DNA from: Dehalococcoides mccartyi
Lineage (GTDB): Bacteria; Chloroflexota; Dehalococcoidia; UBA2979
DNA: 64,000 nucleotides
Direction of reading: 5' to 3'
Assembly (NCBI GenBank): GCA_945865925.1
Contig: CAMBFG010000006.1
Coordinates: 64,760-128,759, forward strand
Position numbers and translations under genes: made by a program. Shown one piece after another: positions 1-8,294 of the stretch. Each line of letters begins with the position of its first letter. Position 1 is the stretch's first letter. The notes below the pieces were generated by a model, which was given only the letters and a program-made list of their open reading frames with translations, ran no database searches and was not told the DNA's origin.

Positions 1-1
1 G

Positions 2-1000
2 TTCGGCCACGAGGTCACGTTCCTCATCGGCAACTTCACGGCACTCATCGGCGACCCCACGGGCCGAGACGCCACGCGCCCCGTACTGACGCGCGAGCAG
101 GTCGAGGAGAACGCGAAGACCTACACCGACCAGGCGTTCGTCATCCTCGACCGCGCGAAGACGAAGGTCGCCTTCAACGCTGAGTGGTTGGACGGCCTCG
201 GGTTCGCGGACGTGCTGCGCCTGACCGGCCAGTACACGGTCGCCCAGTTCCTGCGCCGCGAGAACTTCGGCACGCGCTACGACGAGGGCACTCCGATCCA
301 TGTCTCGGAGTTCCTCTACGCGATGCTCCAGTCGTACGACGCCTTCCACCTGCAGACGGACGTGCAGATCGGTGGCTCGGACCAACTCTTCAACCTGATG
401 GCCGGCCGCCAACTGCAGGAGGCGTGGGGCCAGCGCCCGCAGGTCTGCATCACCCTGCCGATTCTCGTGGGCACCGATGGCCACGAGAAGATGTCGAAGT
501 CGCTTGGCAACTACATCGGCCTCACCGAGACGCCGAACGAGATGTTCGGCAAGGTCATGTCGATCCCCGACTCTGCGATAGTGAACTACTACACCCTCGC
601 CACGCCGCTCCGTCCGACCGAGGTCGACGCCCTCGCGCGCGACCTCGAGGCAGGGACCCTCCGCCCGATGGACGCCAAGAAGCGTCTCGCCGAAGAGATC
701 ACCGCCGTCTTCCACGGCCGCCCCGCCGCCGAGGCGGCCCGTGAGTACTTCGAGTCCACCATCCAACGACGCGAACAGCCCACTGAGATGCCCGAGCATG
801 CCGTCGAGGGCGACACGCCGCTGACCGCCGTCCTCGTGGCGGCGGGCCTCGCGGCGAGCAACGGCGAGGTGCGGCGGCTGGTCACACAGGGTGCCGTTTC
901 TGTGAATGGCGCAGCCGCGGCCGAGGCCAACGCGCTCGTCCGGGCGGGGGATGAGATTCGAGTGGGGCGGCATCGATTCTTGCGTTTGGTGCAGGCGTAG
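2..1000 (+). CDS. tyrS: Tyrosyl-tRNA synthetase, C-terminal ~330 aa (5' end outside window)
   Basis: Frame 2 is open from window start (FGHEVTFLIGNFTALIGDPTGRD...); class I aaRS KMSKS motif (KMSKSLGN); S4-like C-terminus; stop at 998-1000. Confidence 0.9.
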   Translation, partial: FGHEVTFLIGNFTALIGDPTGRDATRPVLTREQVEENAKTYTDQAFVILDRAKTKVAFNAEWLDGLGFADVLRLTGQYTVAQFLRRENFGTRYDEGTPIHVSEFLYAMLQSYDAFHLQTDVQIGGSDQLFNLMAGRQLQEAWGQRPQVCITLPILVGTDGHEKMSKSLGNYIGLTETPNEMFGKVMSIPDSAIVNYYTLATPLRPTEVDALARDLEAGTLRPMDAKKRLAEEITAVFHGRPAAEAAREYFESTIQRREQPTEMPEHAVEGDTPLTAVLVAAGLAASNGEVRRLVTQGAVSVNGAAAAEANALVRAGDEIRVGRHRFLRLVQA

Positions 1001-1077
1001 CGCAGGACGGCGACGCCTGCGACACTGCGGAGAGACCTCACTTGGCGCGGGGGAATGCGTCCAGGGAAGGCCGGGGG

Positions 1078-1530
1078 ATGATCGACGACGGCGTAGAACT
1101 CGACCTTGAAGCCGTGTGCCAAAATATCGCCGAGGCCGAGGTGATCACCCTCTATTTCCCGCTCCTCGGCCGCACCCTCCTCGTCGACGCACGCTGCGCC
1201 CCTGACACTGGCACCCTCGTCCGCGTCGTCCCGATGGCGCGCGACACCGGTGAGCGCCTGCGTTCTCTCAAGCGCCTCCGCCACACGCTCCCGCGTCCTG
1301 AGTCCATCACGATGATCCCGTGGCAGATGCGCGTTGGCAGTGTCGTCAGCACCGGCGTGTGGGCCTGCCTGCTCCGCCGCATCGATGACCACCCCGCCGC
1401 CGAGTCCTGTCTCGATCATCTGCGGATGCTCGAGCGCACTGAGCAACTCGACGCGATCCTCGGGCGACGGTACGAGGCGTTGTGGACGCGCGTGGGCGCC
1501 CGCGAGGTGGCCGAAGAGGACGAGCGCTAG
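1078..1530 (+). CDS. Hypothetical protein (150 aa; alternative TTG start at 1042)
   Basis: High GC3 codon usage typical of this genome; ATG at 1078 preceded by purine-rich aggga agg; no recognizable motif. Confidence 0.4.
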   Translation: MIDDGVELDLEAVCQNIAEAEVITLYFPLLGRTLLVDARCAPDTGTLVRVVPMARDTGERLRSLKRLRHTLPRPESITMIPWQMRVGSVVSTGVWACLLRRIDDHPAAESCLDHLRMLERTEQLDAILGRRYEALWTRVGAREVAEEDER

Positions 1531-1539
1531 CGGGCTCCC

Positions 1540-3270
1540 TCAGGCCGTCCCGAAGCCCTCTTCCGAGGCGGGGCGGAGGTCAAGCACCTCCAACTGCAGG
1601 CGCGCCTCACCCCCGAACTGGTCCGAGCGGAACGTGTACACCACGTCGGCGTCCTCGCCAGCGGCGACGGCCGAGGTGGCCTGCCTGAACGCGATCGCCC
1701 GCCACGTCACGTTGCCAGCGCGCAGGGCCATCTGCAGGTGCGCGCCATCGGCGCCCACCGTGCGGTTGTTCGCGACGCGCACGCCGCGTGCGAGGAACAC
1801 CGGCGCCGGGTTCCCATTCCCGAACGGTCCGAGCAACCCCAGCCACTGCACCATCCGTCGGTCCACCTCGGTCAGCGGCAGTTCGGCATCGATCTCCAGC
1901 GCCGAGATCATCGCGTCCGGGTCGAGGTGGCGCGCAGTGTCCTCGGTCAGTCGTGCGCGCATCTCCGGGATCCGTTCGGGGGCGATCGAGAAGCCGGCGG
2001 CGGCACGGTGCCCGCCGTAGCGCAGGAAGAGGTCGCTGTTCCGCTGCAGCAGGGCGGTCACATCGAACGCGGGGATCGAGCGGCAGGAGCCGCGCCCTTC
2101 GCCCCCCTCAATGCCGATGGCGATCGCTGGTCGGTGGAACTCTTCCGCCAGCCGCGCTGCCGCGAGGCCGATGATGCCCGAGGACATCTCGCTGGAGTCC
2201 ACCACGATCAGCGGCGGTGGTGGGTCGCCCGCGAGCGACCGTGCCAGCTCGACCGCCTGCGTCGTCGCGGTGCGGCGGTCGTCGTTCAACCGCTCGATCT
2301 CGGCCGCGATCGTGCGTGCCTCCTCGATCGTCGGCGCCAGCAACAGGTCAAGCGCGATCCGTGCGTGCGCCATCCGCCCCGCGGCGTTGATCCGAGGCCC
2401 GATCACCCAGCCGATGCCCTCCGTGTCGATGAGCCGCGGCTCGATCCCCGCGACCTCGCACAGCGCGAGTAGCCCCGGTCGAGTCGTCGTGCGTAGGGCC
2501 TCAATGCCGATGCGGAGCAGGTCGCGGCACTCCCCGAGCAGCGGCGCGAGGTCGCACACAGTGCCGAGGGCCACGAGCGCGCGATGCGGCGCGGGGTCGT
2601 ACTGCTCCCCCAGGCGGTCGTACAGGTCGTGGACGACCTTGTACGCGACGCCCACCGCCGCCGGTTCCGAGCCGTACGAGTTCCCGTTCAACTTCGGGTT
2701 CACGATCGCGAGGGCGTCCGGCAGCAGGTCGGGGATCGTGTGGTGGTCGATCACCACCACGTCCATCCCCAGCCCGTTCGCTTCCGCCACCTCGGTCACC
2801 GCGGAGGTGCCGGTGTCCGCGGTGACGAGGAGCGTTGCGCCCTGGTCGGCGAGGCGGCGAATCGCGCGCACATTCGGCCCGTAGCCCTCGGTGAACCGGT
2901 CCGGCAGGTACGGCATGGGCTTCGCGCCGAGGGCACGCAGACCCTCGGTCAGTACCGCGGTCGCCGTCACCCCGTCCACGTCGTAGTCGCCGTACACCGC
3001 GACCGTCTCGCCGGCCCGGCACGCGCGCGCCAAGCGGTCGACGGCGACATCGAGGTTCGGCATCAGTTGGGGGTCAGTGAGGTCACGCGGGGTGCCGAGG
3101 AACCGTCGCGCCGTCTCGGTGGTGGTGACGCCTCGGCGGGCGAGCAGTAGACGCATCAGCGGCGGTAGCCCCGCCCCGGCGTCCGCGAACCCCGCGAGGT
3201 CAGGCGCAGCGTCGAGGCGCCAGCGACCGCCCGAGCCGGTCAGGACGCGCGCAGAGACTAGGCTGCCCAA
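1540..3270 (-). CDS. recJ: Single-stranded-DNA-specific exonuclease RecJ (TTG start as given in track)
   Basis: DHH motifs (VYGDYDVDGVTATAVL, DHH), DHHA1-like C-terminus, N-terminal region aligns with E. coli RecJ. Confidence 0.9.
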   Translation of the reverse strand: MGSLVSARVLTGSGGRWRLDAAPDLAGFADAGAGLPPLMRLLLARRGVTTTETARRFLGTPRDLTDPQLMPNLDVAVDRLARACRAGETVAVYGDYDVDGVTATAVLTEGLRALGAKPMPYLPDRFTEGYGPNVRAIRRLADQGATLLVTADTGTSAVTEVAEANGLGMDVVVIDHHTIPDLLPDALAIVNPKLNGNSYGSEPAAVGVAYKVVHDLYDRLGEQYDPAPHRALVALGTVCDLAPLLGECRDLLRIGIEALRTTTRPGLLALCEVAGIEPRLIDTEGIGWVIGPRINAAGRMAHARIALDLLLAPTIEEARTIAAEIERLNDDRRTATTQAVELARSLAGDPPPPLIVVDSSEMSSGIIGLAAARLAEEFHRPAIAIGIEGGEGRGSCRSIPAFDVTALLQRNSDLFLRYGGHRAAAGFSIAPERIPEMRARLTEDTARHLDPDAMISALEIDAELPLTEVDRRMVQWLGLLGPFGNGNPAPVFLARGVRVANNRTVGADGAHLQMALRAGNVTWRAIAFRQATSAVAAGEDADVVYTFRSDQFGGEARLQLEVLDLRPASEEGFGTA

Positions 3271-3500
3271 TGCCTGCTTCTTCTCGAAGCAATCTGCACC
3301 ACGGGGTCCTTGTCTTCCGACAGCGCCTTACCAACATCCACCGAAGGCTTATAGAGGCCCCGGATGCTTTGCGTCTTCTCGACACACCTCAGGAGGGCAA
3401 CCTTCGGCACGGTGTAGGGACTCGCGAATACTGCACCCTTGAGGCGCCTCATCGCGCGCCAGTCTCCCCCGCTGATCCGTACCAGAGATTGCATTTGCAC
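3258..3500 (-). CDS. Small ORF (80 aa, GTG start) overlapping RT 3' end and recJ 5' end; may instead be non-coding structured spacer
   Basis: ORF track; lies in low-GC islet; no motif; overlaps repeat-rich 178-nt spacer 3271-3448. Confidence 0.2.
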   Translation of the reverse strand: MQMQSLVRISGGDWRAMRRLKGAVFASPYTVPKVALLRCVEKTQSIRGLYKPSVDVGKALSEDKDPVVQIASRRSRHWAA

Positions 3501-4660
3501 TCGCTTAGCTCGAGCAGGCGATCATCATGATCACAGAACTGTTCTCGGATCCAGGGCCAATGAGATGCCAGTCGCGGATCGCGGCTTGCCAGCGAGAGGA
3601 CACGCCTCAAGGCCGTGATCTTCCGCCCGTATGCGTCGTCGTCCCAGCGGTTCCGGAGCGTCTGTACTGCTTCAAGCACTGTTCCCCGCGCATCTAGGCC
3701 CGAGAGAACGTCAAACCCCCAGTACTGCGCAAACTCAGCTGGTCGGGAGTATCGAACCTTCGCGACGTTGATGTTCAACCCGAGGACATTCAGTTCCTCG
3801 CTCGCTCGGAACAGGAGTCGTTCGCAATCGGCCTTCGTTCGGGCAGCGATGACCATGTCATCGGCGTACCTGAAGTAGCGTGCGTCGACAGGATCGCATG
3901 TCGCCTTGATGTTCGTGTCAAAGGGTAGGAGATACGCGTTCGCCAACACCCGCGAGCAATCCCCGATCAAGTCCTGAGGGAGCCCCTTCGAACTCCTTGC
4001 GTACATCGTCACACGGTTGTTCCATGCACCTAGGAGGTACGAGAGAACCTCAATCGCGAGTGGCGCTTCAGGTGCGTGCTGTCGGAGAAGTCGTTCGAGG
4101 CGCGGCAAGTCGATCGAATCGTAAAAGTTCGCGATGTCGAAACTGACGAACCACGAGTCTTCGGGGCTATCTCGGAAGGTAATCCAGAGAAGCTTCCAGT
4201 ATTCGTTCCAGTTCTTTACCCATGCCGCTGGGTTATAGGCGGAGGGAGGGGCATATGTATCATCAACGACTTCTTGGATCAGCCTTTGCGCTTGACCATC
4301 TTCAGTCCTCCGCCGGGCTCCACCCAAAGACCAGCCACCGAACGTGCCCGGAATGGCGTCACGCGCGAGCGGCTCGTCCAGCGCGCGGACACACGCGAAA
4401 TAGACGATGTAGTCGCGGAGATCGAAGACGGGGATGAACCTCGGGACTCCTGCTGACTTTGGTGCAGACAGCAAGCCCACGATTGACCGTGGCGAGTAGT
4501 CGCCGCGAAGGACTTCTGCTTCGAGCGCCGCGAGCCCTCGTCGGCGATTCTTGAAGTCATCAGGAGTACCAAGACGCACGAGGCAGTCCTTGTAGAGGTG
4601 GTCAAGGAAGCTGTCTTGCGTGCGGAAGTCGAAGCGCGGCCCGCCCCCTGCTTCGACCAC
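3449..4660 (-). CDS. Reverse transcriptase, group-II-intron-like (G2L-type), stand-alone, 403 aa
   Basis: RT motifs in order: RT0-like LRGDYSPRSIVGLL; motif 1-2 PKSAGVPRFIPVFDLRDYIVYFACVRAL; motif A FVSFDIANFYDSIDL; motif B' SKGLPQDLIGDCSRVLANAYLLPFD; motif C FRYADDMVI; motif D/E LNINVAKV, YWGFDV; ~110-aa thumb/X-like tail; no En domain; GC visibly lower than flanks. Confidence 0.85.
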   Translation of the reverse strand: MVEAGGGPRFDFRTQDSFLDHLYKDCLVRLGTPDDFKNRRRGLAALEAEVLRGDYSPRSIVGLLSAPKSAGVPRFIPVFDLRDYIVYFACVRALDEPLARDAIPGTFGGWSLGGARRRTEDGQAQRLIQEVVDDTYAPPSAYNPAAWVKNWNEYWKLLWITFRDSPEDSWFVSFDIANFYDSIDLPRLERLLRQHAPEAPLAIEVLSYLLGAWNNRVTMYARSSKGLPQDLIGDCSRVLANAYLLPFDTNIKATCDPVDARYFRYADDMVIAARTKADCERLLFRASEELNVLGLNINVAKVRYSRPAEFAQYWGFDVLSGLDARGTVLEAVQTLRNRWDDDAYGRKITALRRVLSLASRDPRLASHWPWIREQFCDHDDRLLELSECKCNLWYGSAGETGAR

Positions 4661-4665
4661 GACGG

Positions 4666-5901
4666 TTAGCCCTCGTAACGGTTGAAGATCAGGCAGGAGT
4701 TGTGGCCGCCGAAGCCGAGCGAGTTCGACATCGCGTACTTCAGCGCGAGGTCACGCGGCGCGCCCGGCACGTAGTCCAGGTCGCAGTCCGGGTCCGGCGT
4801 GAGCAGGTGCAGCGTCTGGTGGATCTTCTGGTCGCGGATCGAGAGTACTGCGACCGCCGCCTCGAGCCCCCCGGCCGCGCCGAGCGTGTGCCCGAACATC
4901 GACTTGCTGGAGGAGATCGGGATGCCCGGAGCCGACTCGCCGAAGACCGCCTTCAGCGACATCGTCTCGAACTTGTCGTTCAGCGGGGTGCTCGTGCCGT
5001 GCGCGTTGATGTAGTCGATCTCGGCGGGCGAGATGCCTGCTTTCTTCAGCGCCAGTCGCATCGCGCGCGCCGCGCCCTCGCCGCCTTCCGAAGGCTGGGT
5101 GACGTGGAAGGCGTCCGCCGACTGCGCGTACGAGGTGACCTCCGCGAGGATCGCTGCCCCCCGCGCCTCGGCGTGCTCGCGGTCTTCGAGGACGAGGATG
5201 CCTGCGCCTTCGCCGAGCACGAACCCGTCACGGTCGAGGTCGAACGGCCGGCTCGCCGTCTCCGGGTCGTTGTTGCGCGAGAGCGCCCTCGATGCCGCGA
5301 ACGCGGCGATCGTCATGCGTGTGACAGAGGCCTCTGCGCCGCCGGTCACCATCGCCACCGCGTCGCCTCGGCGGATCGTCTCGAACGACGTGCCGATGGC
5401 GTCCGCACCCGAGGCACAGGCAGAGACGGTGTTGAAGTTGGGCCCGCGCAGCCCGAACCGGATCGAGGTCTGGCCGGCGGCCATGTCCGGAATGAACATC
5501 GGCACCAGGAACGGCGAGACGCGCGTGGGGCGCTCGAAGAAGACCTTGAACTCCTGTTCGAGTGTTTCCATCCCGCCGATGCCCGACCCGATCATGCACC
5601 CGATCTCGTCCGCGTCGGCCGCGACATCGAGGCCGGAGTGCTCCAGCGCCTCACCCGATGCCATCACGGCGAGGTGGGTGAAGCGGTCCATCCGCTTCGC
5701 CTCCTTGCGGTCGAGGTATGTCGAGAGGTCGAACTCGGGCACTTCGCCCGCCACACGGGTCGGCAGGTCGGCCGTCTCCACGCGGGTGATCGGGCGGATC
5801 CCGTTCGTGCCGGCGAGCAGCGCTTGCCACGTCGCCTCGCGGCCCGCGCCCACGGCGCTCAGCATCCCCACACCGGTCACTACGACTCGACGGTTCGCCA
5901 T
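4666..5901 (-). CDS. fabF: 3-oxoacyl-ACP synthase II (KAS II), copy 1; start ATG 5899-5901 overlapping upstream stop (TGATG)
   Basis: KAS active-site context (SACASG, HGTSTPLND, GHTLGAAG); track ORF N-terminal extension judged spurious. Confidence 0.9.
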   Translation of the reverse strand: MANRRVVVTGVGMLSAVGAGREATWQALLAGTNGIRPITRVETADLPTRVAGEVPEFDLSTYLDRKEAKRMDRFTHLAVMASGEALEHSGLDVAADADEIGCMIGSGIGGMETLEQEFKVFFERPTRVSPFLVPMFIPDMAAGQTSIRFGLRGPNFNTVSACASGADAIGTSFETIRRGDAVAMVTGGAEASVTRMTIAAFAASRALSRNNDPETASRPFDLDRDGFVLGEGAGILVLEDREHAEARGAAILAEVTSYAQSADAFHVTQPSEGGEGAARAMRLALKKAGISPAEIDYINAHGTSTPLNDKFETMSLKAVFGESAPGIPISSSKSMFGHTLGAAGGLEAAVAVLSIRDQKIHQTLHLLTPDPDCDLDYVPGAPRDLALKYAMSNSLGFGGHNSCLIFNRYEG

Positions 5902-7142
5902 CAGGAGCCCTCCCACCGCTTCACGATCACGGCGGAGTTGTGCCCGCCGAGGCCGACCGATGTGCTCATCGCGTACCGGACGGTGGCGCGGCGCGCCTCG
6001 TTCGGTACGACGTCCAGGTCGCACGCCGGGTCCGGGTTCACATAGTTGATCGTCGGTGGCACGATGCCGCGCTCACACACGAGTGCGGCGATCGCCGCCT
6101 CGACGGCCCCCGCCGCCCCCATCATGTGCCCATGCATCGACTTCGTCGAGGACACCATGAGGCCGTTCGCGTGCTCGCCGAAGACCTCGCGGATCGCCGT
6201 CGTCTCTACGCGGTCGTTCAGCGGCGTGCTCGTCCCGTGCGCGTTGATGTAGTCGATCGCCTCGACGCCGAGCCCGGCGCGCGCGAGGGCGTCCTGTATC
6301 GCCTGCGCGATGCCGTGCCCGTCCTCCGCTGCTGCGACCATGTCGAAGGCGTCGTTGCTCGTGCCGGCGGCGATGAACTCCGCGTAGATGTGCGCCCCGC
6401 GCGCCAGCGCGTGTTCGAGTTCCTCCATGATGAGGATGCCGGCACCCTCGCCGAGGATGAAGCCGTTGCGGGTCGCGTCGAACGGCCGGACGGCCTTCGT
6501 CGGGTCCTCGGCGGTCGCGAGGGCCTTCATCGCGTTGAACCCGGCGTAGTAGACCGGCGTGAGCGGGGCCTCGTAGCCGCCGGCGATGATGACTTCGCAA
6601 TCGCCGCGCGCGATGATCTCGGCGGCCTCGCCGGTCGTTGCACCACCGGTGGCGCAGGCGGCGGTGACCGCGAAGTTCGGCCCGCGCGCGCCCGTTTGGA
6701 TCGCGACGAGGCCGGTCGCGGTGTCTGGGAGCATGTGCGAGATGAGGAACGGCGACACCCGCCGCGGCCCCTTCTCCGCGAGGATCGCCGCCTGCTCCAC
6801 GATCAATTGAGCGCTGCCGATGCCCGTCCCGATCACCACGCCGACGCGACGCACGTCTTCCGCGCTCATGTCGATCCCCGAGTCGGCAAGCGCCCGCTGC
6901 GAGGCCGCCAGCGCGAACACCGTCGAGCGGTCGATCCGCCGCAGCAGTTTCGCCTCCACGTAGTCGGCGGGTTCGAAGTCCTTGACCTCGCCGGCGATCG
7001 GGAACTCGTACGCGCTCGTGTCGAAGAGGGTGATCGTGCCGATGCCCGACCGTCCGGCGACGAGTGCCTCCCAGTTGGAGGTCACATCGTTGCCGAGCGG
7101 GGTGATGAGACCCAGCCCGGTGATGACGACGCGGCGGGTCAC
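5901..7142 (-). CDS. fabF: 3-oxoacyl-ACP synthase II (KAS II), copy 2 (tandem paralog)
   Basis: MTRRVVITGLGLITPLG..., ACATGG, HGTSTPLND, GHMMGAAG; ATGA overlap with fabD stop. Confidence 0.9.
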   Translation of the reverse strand: MTRRVVITGLGLITPLGNDVTSNWEALVAGRSGIGTITLFDTSAYEFPIAGEVKDFEPADYVEAKLLRRIDRSTVFALAASQRALADSGIDMSAEDVRRVGVVIGTGIGSAQLIVEQAAILAEKGPRRVSPFLISHMLPDTATGLVAIQTGARGPNFAVTAACATGGATTGEAAEIIARGDCEVIIAGGYEAPLTPVYYAGFNAMKALATAEDPTKAVRPFDATRNGFILGEGAGILIMEELEHALARGAHIYAEFIAAGTSNDAFDMVAAAEDGHGIAQAIQDALARAGLGVEAIDYINAHGTSTPLNDRVETTAIREVFGEHANGLMVSSTKSMHGHMMGAAGAVEAAIAALVCERGIVPPTINYVNPDPACDLDVVPNEARRATVRYAMSTSVGLGGHNSAVIVKRWEGS

Positions 7143-8149
7143 GGTGTCGTGCGGCGCGGGGGGAGGACGGAGATCGGGATGGGCTTGTCGCGCGCGTCGT
7201 CCAGCGAAACCGCGGTGACTTCGCCCGCGATCCGCTTCACCATCCGCGACAGACTGTGCCCCGGGCCAACCTCGATGAAGGTGTCGACCCCTTCACGCGT
7301 CATCCGGCGCACGTTCTCCGCCCACAGCACGGGCGACTTCAACTGGGCCTCGAACTCCGCGCGGACCTCGGCGGCCGTGCGCAGCAACTCGGCGGAGATG
7401 TTGGACACGATCGGGCGGTCGGGGTCGGCGAACGGGATCTCGCTGATCACCTGCGCGAACTCGGCAGCCTGCCCCACGTGCAGCGGGGTGTGGCTGGACA
7501 CCTTCAACTTCAGCCGGATCGCCTTCGCCTGGAACGCCCGTGCGCCTTCCATGGCTCGTTCGAGGGCGGTGACGTCGCCTGAGATCACGGTCTGCTGCGC
7601 CTCGTTGTGGTTGGCCACGTCCACGCGGTCGTGCTCGCCTCGGGTGGCGTCCTCGCACAACTGACGGACGGCGTCCGCGTCCATGCCGATGATCGCGGCC
7701 ATGCCCACCGGACGGTCGTCGTTGAACGAGCCCATCAGGCGCGAGCGCTCCATGATGATCAGCAGCGAGTCGCGGAATGAGATCGCGTTCGTCGCGACGG
7801 CCGCGCTGAACAGGCCGAGCGAGTGCCCCCCGAACAGCCGAGGCCGCACACTCACGCCCGCATCGTTCAATTTCTCGCGCATGGCGCGGAGGAACGCGAC
7901 GGAGGTGGTGAGCACCGCCGGTTGCGTGTTCTCCGTAGAGGCGAGGTCATCCGCGTCGGAGTCGAAGCAGATCGAGGCGAGGTCGATGCCCGTCAGGTCA
8001 CTGGCCTCTTCGAAGGTGCGGCGGGCCGCCTCCGAGTTGGCATGGAGGAGCTTGCCCATGCCCGGAGACTGGGAACCCTGCCCGGGGAAGACGAGCGCGA
8101 TGGCGTCGTCAGGCGTGTTGTCTGGGGTGGTGGTGAGGGCGTCGGTCAC
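7139..8149 (-). CDS. fabD: Malonyl-CoA:ACP transacylase
   Basis: LVFPGQGSQSPGMG and GHSLGLFSA motifs. Confidence 0.9.
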   Translation of the reverse strand: MTDALTTTPDNTPDDAIALVFPGQGSQSPGMGKLLHANSEAARRTFEEASDLTGIDLASICFDSDADDLASTENTQPAVLTTSVAFLRAMREKLNDAGVSVRPRLFGGHSLGLFSAAVATNAISFRDSLLIIMERSRLMGSFNDDRPVGMAAIIGMDADAVRQLCEDATRGEHDRVDVANHNEAQQTVISGDVTALERAMEGARAFQAKAIRLKLKVSSHTPLHVGQAAEFAQVISEIPFADPDRPIVSNISAELLRTAAEVRAEFEAQLKSPVLWAENVRRMTREGVDTFIEVGPGHSLSRMVKRIAGEVTAVSLDDARDKPIPISVLPPRRTTP

Positions 8150-8294
8150 GCGGGTTTCCTCCGCGGTGTCCGCCTGCCCCGCTCGGGCGTTACGGACACC
8201 TGTTCGACCCTTGAACTATACCGCCTGTGGCCCTCCCGGGCGTCAACGATGTGTGTACGCGCGAATCTGAGCGTGCTGCCCTTGCACAGGTGTT

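Noticed and set aside
589-1446. 285-aa minus-strand ORF overlapping tyrS
   Set aside because: Antisense to the KMSKS-containing tyrS frame; no motifs
3270-4665. Possibility that the RT is the ORF of a complete mobile group II intron
   Set aside because: fabF terminates 5 nt upstream of the RT start, so there is no space for intron domains I-III. The 178 nt downstream shows no domain-V-like hairpin with the AGC triad. No IBS/EBS-like flanks identified. Hence called stand-alone.
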